A stretch of DNA of 64,000 nt from a virus (Duplodnaviria > Caudoviricetes), in IMG/VR virus record IMGVR_UViG_3300031867_000001, positions 64,001 to 128,000 of that record. The stretch is one strand, 5' to 3'. Position numbers and translations under genes: made by a program. The notes beneath the pieces are model-generated. The model was not told the origin of the DNA, ran no database searches, and was given only the letters and a program-made list of their open reading frames with translations. This document shows positions 39,001 to 47,896 of the stretch, piece after piece (the first letter of the stretch is position 1; each line of letters opens with the position of its first letter).

Positions 39001-40087
39001 CAGTGGTAACAATCTTTCGATTGAATCTACCTTCGATCTGATTTCCTTTATCAGTATAAACATCTGAAGAACGAACCAAATCCATGTAGTTGGCAGCTGG
39101 ATAAATGCTATTGATTTCTTGCAAGAACTTGGGAACGTATATGATGATTTCACACTTATCCGTTCCTGCTTGTTTGACTTGATCAAATGTCTTTGTTTGT
39201 GGATGTGCAATTGTGATTCTACCATCTCTGGTAATTGAACCAAAGTTTGGTATGGTTGGAACGCTCGGATATCCAAGTGGATGGATATCTATCACACAAT
39301 GTTTCCATGCAGCACGTTTGATTTCTTGTTTACGTTCACCCAATACGATGTTTGGAATTGAAATATAACCGTCATCTTCATCTGTATACATTGTGATTTG
39401 ACCAAGTGTCAATACGCCTTTTGCGACAAGACAGTCGTCCAGTTTGTATATAATCAATTCCGGATCATATGAACCGGTATATCCAATCTTGAAGATCAAA
39501 CCATGATCGTCAAATCCGATTTTAACATCATGCCAAATCATACCATTCAAAGATACGATAAATGCACATTTCAAAATCTTGGTATATTCCGATAATGTAA
39601 ATTCATCCAATGACAAACAATTATCGTCATCCGTATGATGTACATCATGGAACTTTTGACGAATGAATTCGTCTCGTTCTCCACCAAATCTCAATTGATC
39701 AAAGGGAATATCGACCACGTAATATTTTCCCTTTGAATACAACTTTGTCATGGTGGTTGTATGATACACAATTGCTCGTGTATTCACAAGCATTCTACTC
39801 ATGGATTGACGAATAGAATGCTCGTATGTATCAATCAATGATTCATTGATATCTTCAAATGTATATCCAGATGCATTCATCAATGATAACATCTGTTCAA
39901 AGCCATAAGTATTTCCGACAACCTGGTATGGTTGTTGTACCAGAATATCTGAATCGATATTGATTAAACGCTGTAAACGTTCTTGAACATTTCTCCAGTT
40001 GGTATCATTATAAGAATCCAATCCATCACGGTTTCCCATTAAGTATTGATGAAACTTATAAAACCATTCATTGTAATTAATTTTCAA
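33044..40087 (-). CDS. Very large virion structural protein (tail/baseplate-associated)
   Basis: 2347 aa Tyr/Asn-rich ORF; YEFWVNGR-type beta motif near C-terminus. Confidence 0.55.
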   Translation of the reverse strand: MKINYNEWFYKFHQYLMGNRDGLDSYNDTNWRNVQERLQRLINIDSDILVQQPYQVVGNTYGFEQMLSLMNASGYTFEDINESLIDTYEHSIRQSMSRMLVNTRAIVYHTTTMTKLYSKGKYYVVDIPFDQLRFGGERDEFIRQKFHDVHHTDDDNCLSLDEFTLSEYTKILKCAFIVSLNGMIWHDVKIGFDDHGLIFKIGYTGSYDPELIIYKLDDCLVAKGVLTLGQITMYTDEDDGYISIPNIVLGERKQEIKRAAWKHCVIDIHPLGYPSVPTIPNFGSITRDGRITIAHPQTKTFDQVKQAGTDKCEIIIYVPKFLQEINSIYPAANYMDLVRSSDVYTDKGNQIEGRFNRKIVTTGFIQEGYMEKCTPPICIDREYDTRFEDIINCCYCRNILMQYKDTAIRKLNFALNKATTYLSSYDSYRTNLQPDLQEMHSALRPYFISYSIGSMLTGMFNEDALQKFTNFMNALFRFGHLREDQFENYRKYVVDEFYMLYYEKFAITVSAPFYDNETFMNFRDLHDINKQFYEDTPTSHRYNRNVSEQCFITLKYSREHRSWLFAYPTIKHFHGIGNTFYIEDNLNGDEIFKFFVLYSDTENPYEKNVDDEFEEDVVLDYDRFMTEVEKHAGFIRYWHVENKLMKLSKLMFGKYDNETVVNLLSKILKRKLDAYELIDQYESEIAYATPNMTQYNIDTYNEHSEAAPFLLNFIFYTLRLLNNGKDLLQSYFYRTLTNRTYSPRYIDYNLSKYLETKHFDYANFTGATRASTVFSETESNYRTDQMYKFYDGLPFIFYNKTIAKSDVYYWIAQCIYSKDEDQNHYLIDTRKTSLDMRYWVKQTSSYANTGWYYIPNFARMITKFISCVRDHMSYILTNYKHAFDQSIEYLQAKKDINDALQELKTYYDGLELYMQSNLREEYNYIVNNFPYDDIMDNLYTTTQECVKSNSFYGGKNSKQKYVRQQANWFSTTIRTTYRSSGYYENTQYRVKGLYNHFKEINHKKNDYKYKKWLDQSMYDSKFLQLELYHASTDYNMQILPEYNHTFARARNFLLATKEILEDKIPEYELAVRTLRNTENNYLLQLEEYCVDAIRNHVHDLYAISEITGIDFGASTAHELGYVVWTATKDAHFINPNSSDTFGDTIDITFVPVVGQTGAHLWYLKDVRKPCEYLFFDGTPITGCQFRVYDTTGQYVRLLSDITVNFERVSSTACALDDVRLLPSATNTTVRFSNTHEDTLPTPGKVPANEKHTETNYELLVANHFMVLDKHNELTLNPKTMLQNSNDAITINNEKLNMLILKDYSKTHKPQLLFKPSQVMHVDIGAVDKDAISIKGRMTVGQTVYLSPTSHPEYVFPATVTSIDHSQAHGMMEAVVNERDAKWLPIDDFDEAETFLTSEIECTVLDDNLSNLLDEYNGDYRTFYNPNFNYNIEFSDEDLDGYLSVPGDPIFVQNNAEYIYTRLHALFPEDVKNRFIDDEHKKWNFKYLGYDKIVNHTSFHDQIDVTCINHNWTTLTLSEQYPILRDEPNDHYVWKEERRIFQDLIDTKYVPLLNQYQVLYKQALIKRNDPEATNYDKDIYSRQMENYLLKQKETRETIYRLQSYIDEQEHPTTWYNVDSYDAAMGYIENGRAQQVTSTYQPSIKDVPYTQIFLYDWEHKEWIDPSLYATYVSIDPHYKYDNDYDFTAPDTLRFLVIMKKSGFPDSNMILIYMGYYNKTYFNVIPDHSPLCKVRFKPLLTIDQSKQHEDDLYKYVYIRKHIDSGESYSMLQNDIKPYKTFTDDCIYINRNNHHSGRLPYTPVVRYKDIVVKQNNSTYDYTKFKLFVKNPFVGSMSNVGLPQQTFETTINQPINDFKPNETITLICLQNTIPDSRRFNGNISNVTFVGKTNSDGTITITKSSLASSVSGSYITTVVHNHRYSCNGGLVTINITTSSVDIMSSTKQWIQITDPHHVLPSDEFILQPTIQFAQSGIITVDFDTTYNRAIVDTMKSDNSNVNNPYEYYYNTSSKYRYPISTMRDNNTVQTRLTIDQSINPNIKLIKSNHLHVCRYFASRIPADGFIDVTGYIPTPLSRTRYEFWVNGRQIKDTEHLIILSPSSFQLIGLTSLKNFELIELVDDFGDTLLMNTNTVYVANDGSVYANYEEALQHMIISQNIQYTFNMYPYQHTTLQNYSKMFVPDPNNQDLEDDILDTILSNEVTSTNYNDFNHVPTINDMKLYHPTSDDIGLSEMPIEDMIHIYDHAYRYEILTDPTFPMTHKDDTFIPINEYIRIHYTKNTNGEFDVFLTGSYKKYVMLYLSDSIAGDISNISRTKFIIPCIRTGVRIHIPETCRKLYVHVTFNNYEPIQLL

Positions 40088-40152
40088 AAGAATTCATCTC
40101 CTTGTAAATGAAATGCTTACCCAACCGTTTTCTATTATTTTCAAAATGAATA

Positions 40153-40173
40153 TGCCCCGCACGAAGCGGGGCA
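40153..40173 (-). terminator. GC stem-loop after RNAP beta gene
   Basis: TGCCCCGC-ACGAA-GCGGGGCA. Confidence 0.6.
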
Positions 40174-40179
40174 CATCTA

Positions 40180-43100
40180 TTAACTATTTTCCCAAAGATC
40201 TTTTACCTGCCTTTTCAAATTCACAAGTACCTTGTTACCGGCTGCTGTGACAACAACAGACGGCACCATACGTTTCAGAATAGAAGATGGTGCTTGGAAT
40301 ACAGATATCTCTTCATCAGGTGTTGATTCTGCATATGGTTCCAAACCCTCTGGAATAACTTCTGAACAAATCTGTTTCATACAAGAGTAGTTCGTCAGTT
40401 TATCTCCAACGGACATATCATCTTCATGTTCGATATACACTTCAATCAATACATCTGTATTGATACCCTTCAAAGATGGAGTCTTCAATGGTTCTGTTGG
40501 TAATGAGAATAATGTATCCAACTTATATACTGCATTGGATTTATCATATTTATCTAATATCTTACGCTTCTTCTTATTTGCTGTGAAGTAACCGTTTAAG
40601 ATATTATATAAGGATGGAGATAATTTGTCCATAGCTTTGTTGGTATACATTCTGACATCAACAATGGTTCCTGCATGTTTTGCATCAATTGTTCGTTTGA
40701 ATGATTCTTCATCTCCACCAAATGCACGTAAGAAGTTATCGACAGATTTATCACCAGTATTACCAAGTCCAAATACCAATAATGGATCTCCGATTTCAAC
40801 CTCATCACCTACATGAACAATCTTCTCAATATCTTCGGTACAATCCAACTTGATGATTTCGCACATTGTGACTTTGGTTGCAAGACGTTTACTCATCTTA
40901 GTCGTCATAACTCCAGAGTCTTCATATGTGGAATAACAACCCATGAATGCAACCTTTGCAAGTGGTCCAACATTCATTCGGACTTGACCAGTAGAGTCTT
41001 TGGAGAAGAACTTCTCATGATATGCCAATATCTCACCACGTTTAAACTTATCACCAGCTTGATAGTTTGGTGTTAATTTATTATCAACATAGAATCCACC
41101 ACCATCATTGAATGCATACTTATGGTCGATGTTAATGGCTTTCTTCTTACCGGATTTATATTGCACGATCATGTATCCTTCATTCAACTCAATGACTGTT
41201 CCATCTTCTTCAGCCATAACCGAGAATTGTTCAGTTAAGTAAGCCGGGACGATTTCGTCCATACCATTTGAAATCAATACAGGTTGTGCATCAGCGGTTG
41301 ATACCGTATGTGAAGTTTGTGATGTACCAATTGCCGTACGGATTGCATCGTCACGAGATACAGATCCAGGTGTTAACAATTCAGAGAATGATGCCAATTG
41401 TAAGTCATCATAATTTGCATCAATTCCATCCGTTGATGTATATCCACGTACAGATTCAATCTTTGGATCAGCAACCAGCTGTCGTGCAATACCGACATTA
41501 CCACTGTTTGGAGAAGATATTGCCAATTTACCAACCATAGAATCTTCAAAGGAACGGCGTGCTTCCGTATATGCTCGATCATTATTTACACCACGGAATC
41601 CTTTTTTGGATATGGTTTCTCGTGCATGTAATTCAACCATTGGATTCAATGCCGTTAAACATTTGATTGTTTGTGTATCAGTTAATTCTTTCATGATACA
41701 ATTTGGATTGAATTGTAATTTATTTGCACGAGCACGTGAACCAGTTCTGTTGTTGAAATTAGACATTGCAACAGCCAAGTGATAATGGATCATTGCGGGA
41801 ATAATTTCAGAAGAACGAACACGATACAACGCGGCATTATTCTCAGACATTGCCGAATTATCAACCAACAGATTGGATGAATAAATCAACAAACCAATCA
41901 ATGTGTTTGGTAAGTTATAATGATTACATACATCATGTGTGATTGCATCCATAAAGAAGTTGTAATAGGTGATGAATGTTGTCAATTGAGAATATTGTGT
42001 AAAGAACAACTGGTTGAAGATATCAACATATATGGAATTCGATTCCATAATTGGTGTTTCAAATTCTTCGATATTGTATGCTTTTGTATTGATTCGATAT
42101 AATCCATTGAACAATAACTGATTGCCGATTGTGTTTTCAATGGCAATGGCTTTGTCCTTGAAGTTGAATACAATGTAATGTGGATCACGGAATCTTTGAT
42201 CAACGATCTTGTATTTACAATTGGAATTCTTTAATAAAGAATTTAAACCTTCCCATGCACAGATTGCAACACCAAGTGGAACTGTATTACCAATCTTGAT
42301 GGTAGAATACATTGATGTTTTACCCGGTTTGGTTTTGATGTATGCTTGTTGAACATCTGGAGGTAACATCTGTAAGATGGTTTCTGTTATGGTAATACCT
42401 TGACGGGTTAATCCCGTTTCTGTATTAACAATGACTGGTACTTTGTTAATCATACCACAACAGAATTCATTTGCATTTACAGCAACGAATTGCCACATCT
42501 TCAAACATTCATTTCGATTGAATACAATTTCACAATCTTGTTCACGGTTGGTGAATGAATACCAAACCTTTGCATATTCATCATACTCGATTGTGGAGAT
42601 GTAATGTGCATTGGAATTAACCGAAGAACCGGGTTTGATGTATCGATTCTTACCATTTGCATCTTCCAATTTATTCACAGTCTTTAACATTGCCGATACA
42701 TCAACAAGTGACTTTGTATCATATCGAGCAACTGTGATCTTGTTGTAATTGGAAGTAATCATAACGGTTTTTGGATCAATCTTTAAAACAGGAATTGGGA
42801 ATTCTTGCTTATCAATGGAATACCATGTTCCGTTGTAATAGTATCGACCATTCAACATCTTCGGTACGACAATATTCACAGTAGATGTCAATCCAGATTG
42901 TTTGTTCTTTAACGACACTTTCCAGTTGTTTAACATAGAAACACATGTGGAAATATCGGTTACTTCAACATTCGTGACGTAGAATCCATCTGATGGTTTT
43001 GATAATGTCATTAATGTTGCGACAATATCTCGATCCATCAATTTGTCTTCATATTCTTTTGCAATGTTTGTAAATCCAGTTGCACGTAATGCAGGACGGG

Positions 43101-44511
43101 ATGTTGTTGTCAAGTGTAATGGTTTCAGTGCCGATGGTTTTGGTACATCATTCACAGATGTCAATTTATCAAACGTCACGTTGTTCAATTTCAATTGACC
43201 AATTTGATTACGCAACTTTTCTTCACGTGGGTTGGTAATTGTTCGGTTTACGTCCTTGACATCTGGTGCGGACACCGAATTCTCAATCTTCTTGGATGCT
43301 TGTTGAATCAATTGTTTTTCAACCGAATTTGCATCTACTGGTGTGATATCATCTGCCAAATGTTTATAAGAATTCACTGCAGATGTATCTGGATTAATCT
43401 TCTGCATTAATGACGCATTGATGTCAAATGCTTTGGCGGCATACAATTGTTGCTTGTTGGAGACTTTGTTTGTTAAATCTGTATCATCAACTTCATTCAA
43501 TTCCGAATCCGTATTCTTATGATTCATGGAAATCTTTTCAATGGAAGCTTGTAATGATTTCATAACCGACTGATGGGAATTCTGTAAAGATTGGATATCC
43601 ATGTCCTTTTCAGAAATCTTAGTACCATCATTCGATGTCTTCTCAACCGTTTCTTTTTGTTTAACGATTTCATTTGCTGCAACAATGTTTGCATCTTCTT
43701 CTGGGGTTTCTGCCAATTCATTCTTCTCTTCATCCGTTGATACATCTTCTTCTGATTCTTCTTCATTGGATGTATTCACAGCCGCTTCCACACCAAACTT
43801 ATTCAGCATAGAACGAAGACGTTGGGCATCGTTCTTATTGAATTGACGTAAATCAAACTTGTAATCAGCATCACCCGTTTTGAAAATGATTGTATATTCC
43901 AAATGTGGAAGTTTGGATTCGCTCAACAATAAGTATGCACAAACCAATCCATTGATTAAGTCATATTGTAACATATCCAATGTTGGATTTTTATAAATCT
44001 TAACACGCTTTGTGTCTACAACAATGACTTTTCGTTTTAATCCAAATGCAAATGGACGAATGATGTCACCAAATACTTGGAAGAAGTTATCTTTCAAATA
44101 TCCAATACTAAACTGATGTAGTAACTGATTACCTCGTTTCATCAGTTCACTCATACTAACATACAAGTTTTCTGATACTGTAGATGGATATGGATAACGA
44201 AGCATTGTCAATCGTGGTTGCAATGTTTTATTCTGTTGATTTAAATATGCAACCTTTTTCGTATATTCAGATTGTTGAATTAAGTATCTGAATGGACGAC
44301 CACCAATCTTTGTGATCAATCGATACGGTATTGCAAACACTTTGTAATCTGTTTTTGGTTGTGGTATATTGCGAATTAATTCAATATCATATTCAAATGA
44401 ATCGGTCGCTAACATAACCACAACACCTTTCTTCTCCTGTGGAAGACGGAGTCGTTGTGGGATCGGAACATAAGATCCAGCTGAATCCATATTAATAGCC
44501 AATATTATCAC
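40180..44511 (-). CDS. Phage multisubunit RNA polymerase beta subunit (large, likely virion RNAP)
   Basis: SSPNSGNVGIARQL, DDAIRTAIGTSQTSH, TYEDS, VGDKLTNYSCMKQI (two catalytic Lys), PSSILKRM; long N-terminal extension. Confidence 0.88.
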   Translation of the reverse strand: MIILAINMDSAGSYVPIPQRLRLPQEKKGVVVMLATDSFEYDIELIRNIPQPKTDYKVFAIPYRLITKIGGRPFRYLIQQSEYTKKVAYLNQQNKTLQPRLTMLRYPYPSTVSENLYVSMSELMKRGNQLLHQFSIGYLKDNFFQVFGDIIRPFAFGLKRKVIVVDTKRVKIYKNPTLDMLQYDLINGLVCAYLLLSESKLPHLEYTIIFKTGDADYKFDLRQFNKNDAQRLRSMLNKFGVEAAVNTSNEEESEEDVSTDEEKNELAETPEEDANIVAANEIVKQKETVEKTSNDGTKISEKDMDIQSLQNSHQSVMKSLQASIEKISMNHKNTDSELNEVDDTDLTNKVSNKQQLYAAKAFDINASLMQKINPDTSAVNSYKHLADDITPVDANSVEKQLIQQASKKIENSVSAPDVKDVNRTITNPREEKLRNQIGQLKLNNVTFDKLTSVNDVPKPSALKPLHLTTTSRPALRATGFTNIAKEYEDKLMDRDIVATLMTLSKPSDGFYVTNVEVTDISTCVSMLNNWKVSLKNKQSGLTSTVNIVVPKMLNGRYYYNGTWYSIDKQEFPIPVLKIDPKTVMITSNYNKITVARYDTKSLVDVSAMLKTVNKLEDANGKNRYIKPGSSVNSNAHYISTIEYDEYAKVWYSFTNREQDCEIVFNRNECLKMWQFVAVNANEFCCGMINKVPVIVNTETGLTRQGITITETILQMLPPDVQQAYIKTKPGKTSMYSTIKIGNTVPLGVAICAWEGLNSLLKNSNCKYKIVDQRFRDPHYIVFNFKDKAIAIENTIGNQLLFNGLYRINTKAYNIEEFETPIMESNSIYVDIFNQLFFTQYSQLTTFITYYNFFMDAITHDVCNHYNLPNTLIGLLIYSSNLLVDNSAMSENNAALYRVRSSEIIPAMIHYHLAVAMSNFNNRTGSRARANKLQFNPNCIMKELTDTQTIKCLTALNPMVELHARETISKKGFRGVNNDRAYTEARRSFEDSMVGKLAISSPNSGNVGIARQLVADPKIESVRGYTSTDGIDANYDDLQLASFSELLTPGSVSRDDAIRTAIGTSQTSHTVSTADAQPVLISNGMDEIVPAYLTEQFSVMAEEDGTVIELNEGYMIVQYKSGKKKAINIDHKYAFNDGGGFYVDNKLTPNYQAGDKFKRGEILAYHEKFFSKDSTGQVRMNVGPLAKVAFMGCYSTYEDSGVMTTKMSKRLATKVTMCEIIKLDCTEDIEKIVHVGDEVEIGDPLLVFGLGNTGDKSVDNFLRAFGGDEESFKRTIDAKHAGTIVDVRMYTNKAMDKLSPSLYNILNGYFTANKKKRKILDKYDKSNAVYKLDTLFSLPTEPLKTPSLKGINTDVLIEVYIEHEDDMSVGDKLTNYSCMKQICSEVIPEGLEPYAESTPDEEISVFQAPSSILKRMVPSVVVTAAGNKVLVNLKRQVKDLWENS

Positions 44512-44539
44512 TCCTTAAAAATGAAAGTGGGGGATTTTT

Positions 44540-44728
44540 ATGTGTGATTATGAAATATGTCCAACATGTGGTGCAACTTTGGATTGTTTTGAAAAGTGTT
44601 CAATATGCAATCCACGTGTTGCTCCAATACCAATTCTTGTACACCCATCCTCAAAAGATGGGGTTATACACAAGTCAGAATCCATTATTCAGAAAGAAGG
44701 TTATGAAAATGATGATGAAAGCAAGTGA
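44540..44728 (+). CDS. Small Zn-ribbon protein
   Basis: CPTCG...CSIC. Confidence 0.5.
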   Translation: MCDYEICPTCGATLDCFEKCSICNPRVAPIPILVHPSSKDGVIHKSESIIQKEGYENDDESK

Positions 44729-44960
44729 CAAACGATTTATATGTATTGATGATATTACCGGAGCACCATCGTCCATGAACACGGTAATCTACAATCCACT
44801 ATTATCAAAAGAACGTAATGAAGAAATATTACACAAAGCAATTCTGTCACAACTATGGGTTGATTTAACGGATGATCAATTGGATGAATTAACATCATAT
44901 GACAAATATCATCTTGATGATTTCATTGAACATTTAAGAAGTATTATCTATAAAAAATAA
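44703..44960 (+). CDS. Hypothetical protein
   Basis: Likely start 44703 after AGAAGG. Confidence 0.5.
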   Translation: MKMMMKASDKRFICIDDITGAPSSMNTVIYNPLLSKERNEEILHKAILSQLWVDLTDDQLDELTSYDKYHLDDFIEHLRSIIYKK

Positions 44961-44967
44961 AAAATAA

Positions 44968-44993
44968 TGTGCGGGGGTTTATACCCCCGCACA
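44968..44993. terminator. Stem-loop between convergent genes
   Basis: TGTGCGGGGGT-TTAT-ACCCCCGCACA. Confidence 0.65.
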
Positions 44994-45026
44994 CTATCAC
45001 TTCCTTCTGTTCTTGTTGTCTGTTGC

Positions 45027-45395
45027 TTAGCCCAGGCTCTTGACCCAGTCGTAGGTCTCCTTTAAGAAGCCCTCGAAGATCTCCACCTCGCAGTCAGTCA
45101 TGGAGATGCCATAACGATAGTGATCCGGCTGCCAGCGCATGAGCGCAATGAGCGACTGCTCACGAAGCCAGCCGATTGCATCGGTTTCAGGCATCCACTT
45201 CAGGACTTCATTGAACCTCCTGACATCAGATGAGCCCAGGTCACCGTCTCCCTCGGTGGTAGCACATACCTGGAAGCGGTATGCACGGAAAGGTACGAGA
45301 TAACCCTTCTCGCTGTGGTCGATCGTCTCAACCTTGAGACACGGGATTGTGCAGTTCAGCTCGTGCAGTACAGAAATAGCATTAGTCATTGTCAA
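45027..45395 (-). CDS. Hypothetical early protein
   Basis: SD AAGGAGG, own promoter motif at 45468-45486, higher GC than neighbours. Confidence 0.7.
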   Translation of the reverse strand: MTMTNAISVLHELNCTIPCLKVETIDHSEKGYLVPFRAYRFQVCATTEGDGDLGSSDVRRFNEVLKWMPETDAIGWLREQSLIALMRWQPDHYRYGISMTDCEVEIFEGFLKETYDWVKSLG

Positions 45396-45549
45396 TTCCT
45401 CCTTAGAATTGTTTATAAAGGTTTATATTTTCTTTGATAAGAGTCAGCTTGCTTATTCCCTTATCATATTAATTATATATATTTGAAAAATCAAAATAAT
45501 AGAAAAAATACATATGCGGGGGATGGACCCCCGCATATCATCACATATA

Positions 45550-45993
45550 TTACTTCTTCTTGAAGTCATCTGTATGCTGCTTGAGATAGTACTCATCATG
45601 TGCAGCAGTCGTGGAAGTGTACTCCTCACCCTTGCGATCACCCATCTGGATAATACCGGTCTTGGTCTTCTCTTCCTTATGAACCATCTTCAATGTTGCA
45701 GGTGCTGTATTACCATCCGGAGCCGGAAGATTGATTGCACGGCTCTCATCCTGCATGTACTTTGTGATTACATTCGGAAGCTGCTCTGCAAGAGGAGTTA
45801 CATCAAAATCATTGATCTCATCAATGATTCCGAGTTCAGCTTCACAAGACGGAAATCCGGCACGCTTGATGCCCTTCTTCAGCGTCTCGCGAAACGCCGT
45901 CTGAATCTCAGCGGTGTCACCACTCTTGTTGTTGACAGCCTTGTTACTCCACTCACAAATCGCTGCGATGGAATGTCCCTTTGTTGTAATCAT
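45550..45993 (-). CDS. Putative HU/IHF-like DNA-binding protein
   Basis: C-terminal arm-like segment LKMVHKEEKTKTGIIQMGDRKGEEYTSTTAAH; own promoter and terminator; fold assignment weak. Confidence 0.4.
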   Translation of the reverse strand: MITTKGHSIAAICEWSNKAVNNKSGDTAEIQTAFRETLKKGIKRAGFPSCEAELGIIDEINDFDVTPLAEQLPNVITKYMQDESRAINLPAPDGNTAPATLKMVHKEEKTKTGIIQMGDRKGEEYTSTTAAHDEYYLKQHTDDFKKK

Positions 45994-46111
45994 ATCGATT
46001 ACCTCCTTAATGTAAAATTATATGCAAACATCATGTATGATGTTTCATACTCATCAATTATATGTATTTCTAAAATGTAAATTAAATGATAACATTTTTA
46101 ATTTATATGCA

Positions 46112-46309
46112 TTACATTTCAATCAAACCATCAGACACACCAACTGTATCCATTAATGTTTCTTTTGTAATTTCAGTACCATCCATTTGGTTTATCACAA
46201 TCATACCTTTGTTCAGTAGATTGATGATATCTGATTGAGTTGCGGTCATTAAATCACCAACATGTTTGTGATTTGCATCCATAATCGTAATATTATATGT
46301 CATTATCAT
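46112..46309 (-). CDS. Hypothetical protein
   Basis: 65 aa ORF with SD. Confidence 0.55.
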   Translation of the reverse strand: MIMTYNITIMDANHKHVGDLMTATQSDIINLLNKGMIVINQMDGTEITKETLMDTVGVSDGLIEM

Positions 46310-46331
46310 TCACCTGATTTCTTTTGTTTAT

Positions 46332-46745
46332 TTAATATATGTGATTAAAATAAGATGTTATCATCCCATGTGTAATGGTTAAACCATCAAATGGTAACAT
46401 ATTAATTGATAATATGATGTATGCGTTTGGAACACGATAGTTCATTGATTGAATGAACTTTACTAATAGTTCTATATATTCGGTTCCAAATTTAATAGAT
46501 TCCAAATCAGGAATCCCATCTGATGATGATACTTCATATGGAAATTCAAATAACGAGATGGATTCAATATGTTCTCCCATATAAGCGAATCTCGTTTTGA
46601 TTTCATCAATGATCATATTAGATAATTCATATACAGCTTTTGTTTCTCTTGGGGTATCCGCTAATGTAATACCACGATATGTTTTGTAATAATGCAATAA
46701 TCCGACTGATAATATTTCAATGAATTCTCTGAATGGAATGTTCAT
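46332..46745 (-). CDS. Hypothetical protein
   Basis: 137 aa ORF, SD AGGAGG. Confidence 0.65.
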   Translation of the reverse strand: MNIPFREFIEILSVGLLHYYKTYRGITLADTPRETKAVYELSNMIIDEIKTRFAYMGEHIESISLFEFPYEVSSSDGIPDLESIKFGTEYIELLVKFIQSMNYRVPNAYIILSINMLPFDGLTITHGMITSYFNHIY

Positions 46746-46803
46746 ATATCCACCTCCTCTTCCACATAAAATATATAGATTTGTTTATTACAAATAATCA
46801 TTA

Positions 46804-46834
46804 TGTTATACGGGGGATCATCCCCCGTATAACA
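46804..46834 (-). terminator. GC palindrome
   Basis: TGTTATACGGGGGAT-C-ATCCCCCGTATAACA. Confidence 0.6.
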
Positions 46835-46846
46835 AATGTAACGTAA

Positions 46847-47875
46847 TTACCAATCTAACTCGTCATCACCACCACCAGACGATGAAGTATCATTCGTGGT
46901 TGTGGTTGGCTTTGTAACTTTTTTGACATTCTCTTTTGCTTCTGCAGCAGCACGTGAATCATAGTGTGCGATTTGAGCACGCAGATTCTCCATCTTGATA
47001 TTGTACTTCTTCATGTTCTGAACATACTTAGATTCAACCTTCTTCTGACGATTGCTTTCAGGAATCTTCATATATTCATCATATGCTTTCTTAGTCTCTT
47101 CAAATAATGTCTGTGTTGCATAAAAAGCATTTACTTTCTTATCATAATGACTGGTCAGTACATTATTGATGAAAGACACGGGATTGAATTGATCGAACTT
47201 ACCAAAGATCCAATCCAACAATTCATTTGTATCATGAAGCCACTCCTTGGCAGACTTCTTGGTTAACCAAGATGCAACCTTACCGACGGCTGTTCCAATG
47301 AATGTAAGTGATGCATCTTCTTGCATATACATATCTTCCATATAAGACTCTTGCTTGAGCTGAAGCGCTGATTTATTACTCTTGGAATGTTTCCGAATAT
47401 AATCGTCCACTTCCTTCTCAATGTTCTTATTATATGCTTTGATGAATTTAATCGCGGATTCTTTCTGGGAGATACGATTTGGTTTATAAACCAATCCCTT
47501 CTCCGTTGCAGTTGTGGAAGCATAGATTCTTGACAACTCAGCAACCAATACTCGATATCCACATGTGAAGAGAATTGTAAACATGATGTTTCTTTCATTC
47601 TTCTCATGTAAATATTCATTCACCATCTGCTTATAAATGGGACGATGGATTGCATTGAACATGTTATTCAACAAACTACGTTCGTTACTTGGATATCCTT
47701 TCAAGACACTCAAGTTTGCGAGCATCTCCTCAATGCCATGATACATCTTGGACTTGGTGATGTCACCACGCATCTTGTATTCATCACTACTCTTATTGGA
47801 ATAAATGTGATCAAGTTCCACAGAGAATGCAACGATCTTCTCTTCGTAACTTGCATTTTTATCAAATAAAGGCAT
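46847..47875 (-). CDS. Putative virion (head) protein
   Basis: 342 aa; KQES/MQED motifs mid-protein. Confidence 0.5.
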   Translation of the reverse strand: MPLFDKNASYEEKIVAFSVELDHIYSNKSSDEYKMRGDITKSKMYHGIEEMLANLSVLKGYPSNERSLLNNMFNAIHRPIYKQMVNEYLHEKNERNIMFTILFTCGYRVLVAELSRIYASTTATEKGLVYKPNRISQKESAIKFIKAYNKNIEKEVDDYIRKHSKSNKSALQLKQESYMEDMYMQEDASLTFIGTAVGKVASWLTKKSAKEWLHDTNELLDWIFGKFDQFNPVSFINNVLTSHYDKKVNAFYATQTLFEETKKAYDEYMKIPESNRQKKVESKYVQNMKKYNIKMENLRAQIAHYDSRAAAEAKENVKKVTKPTTTTNDTSSSGGGDDELDW

Positions 47876-47896
47876 TACATTTCACCTCCAACATCA

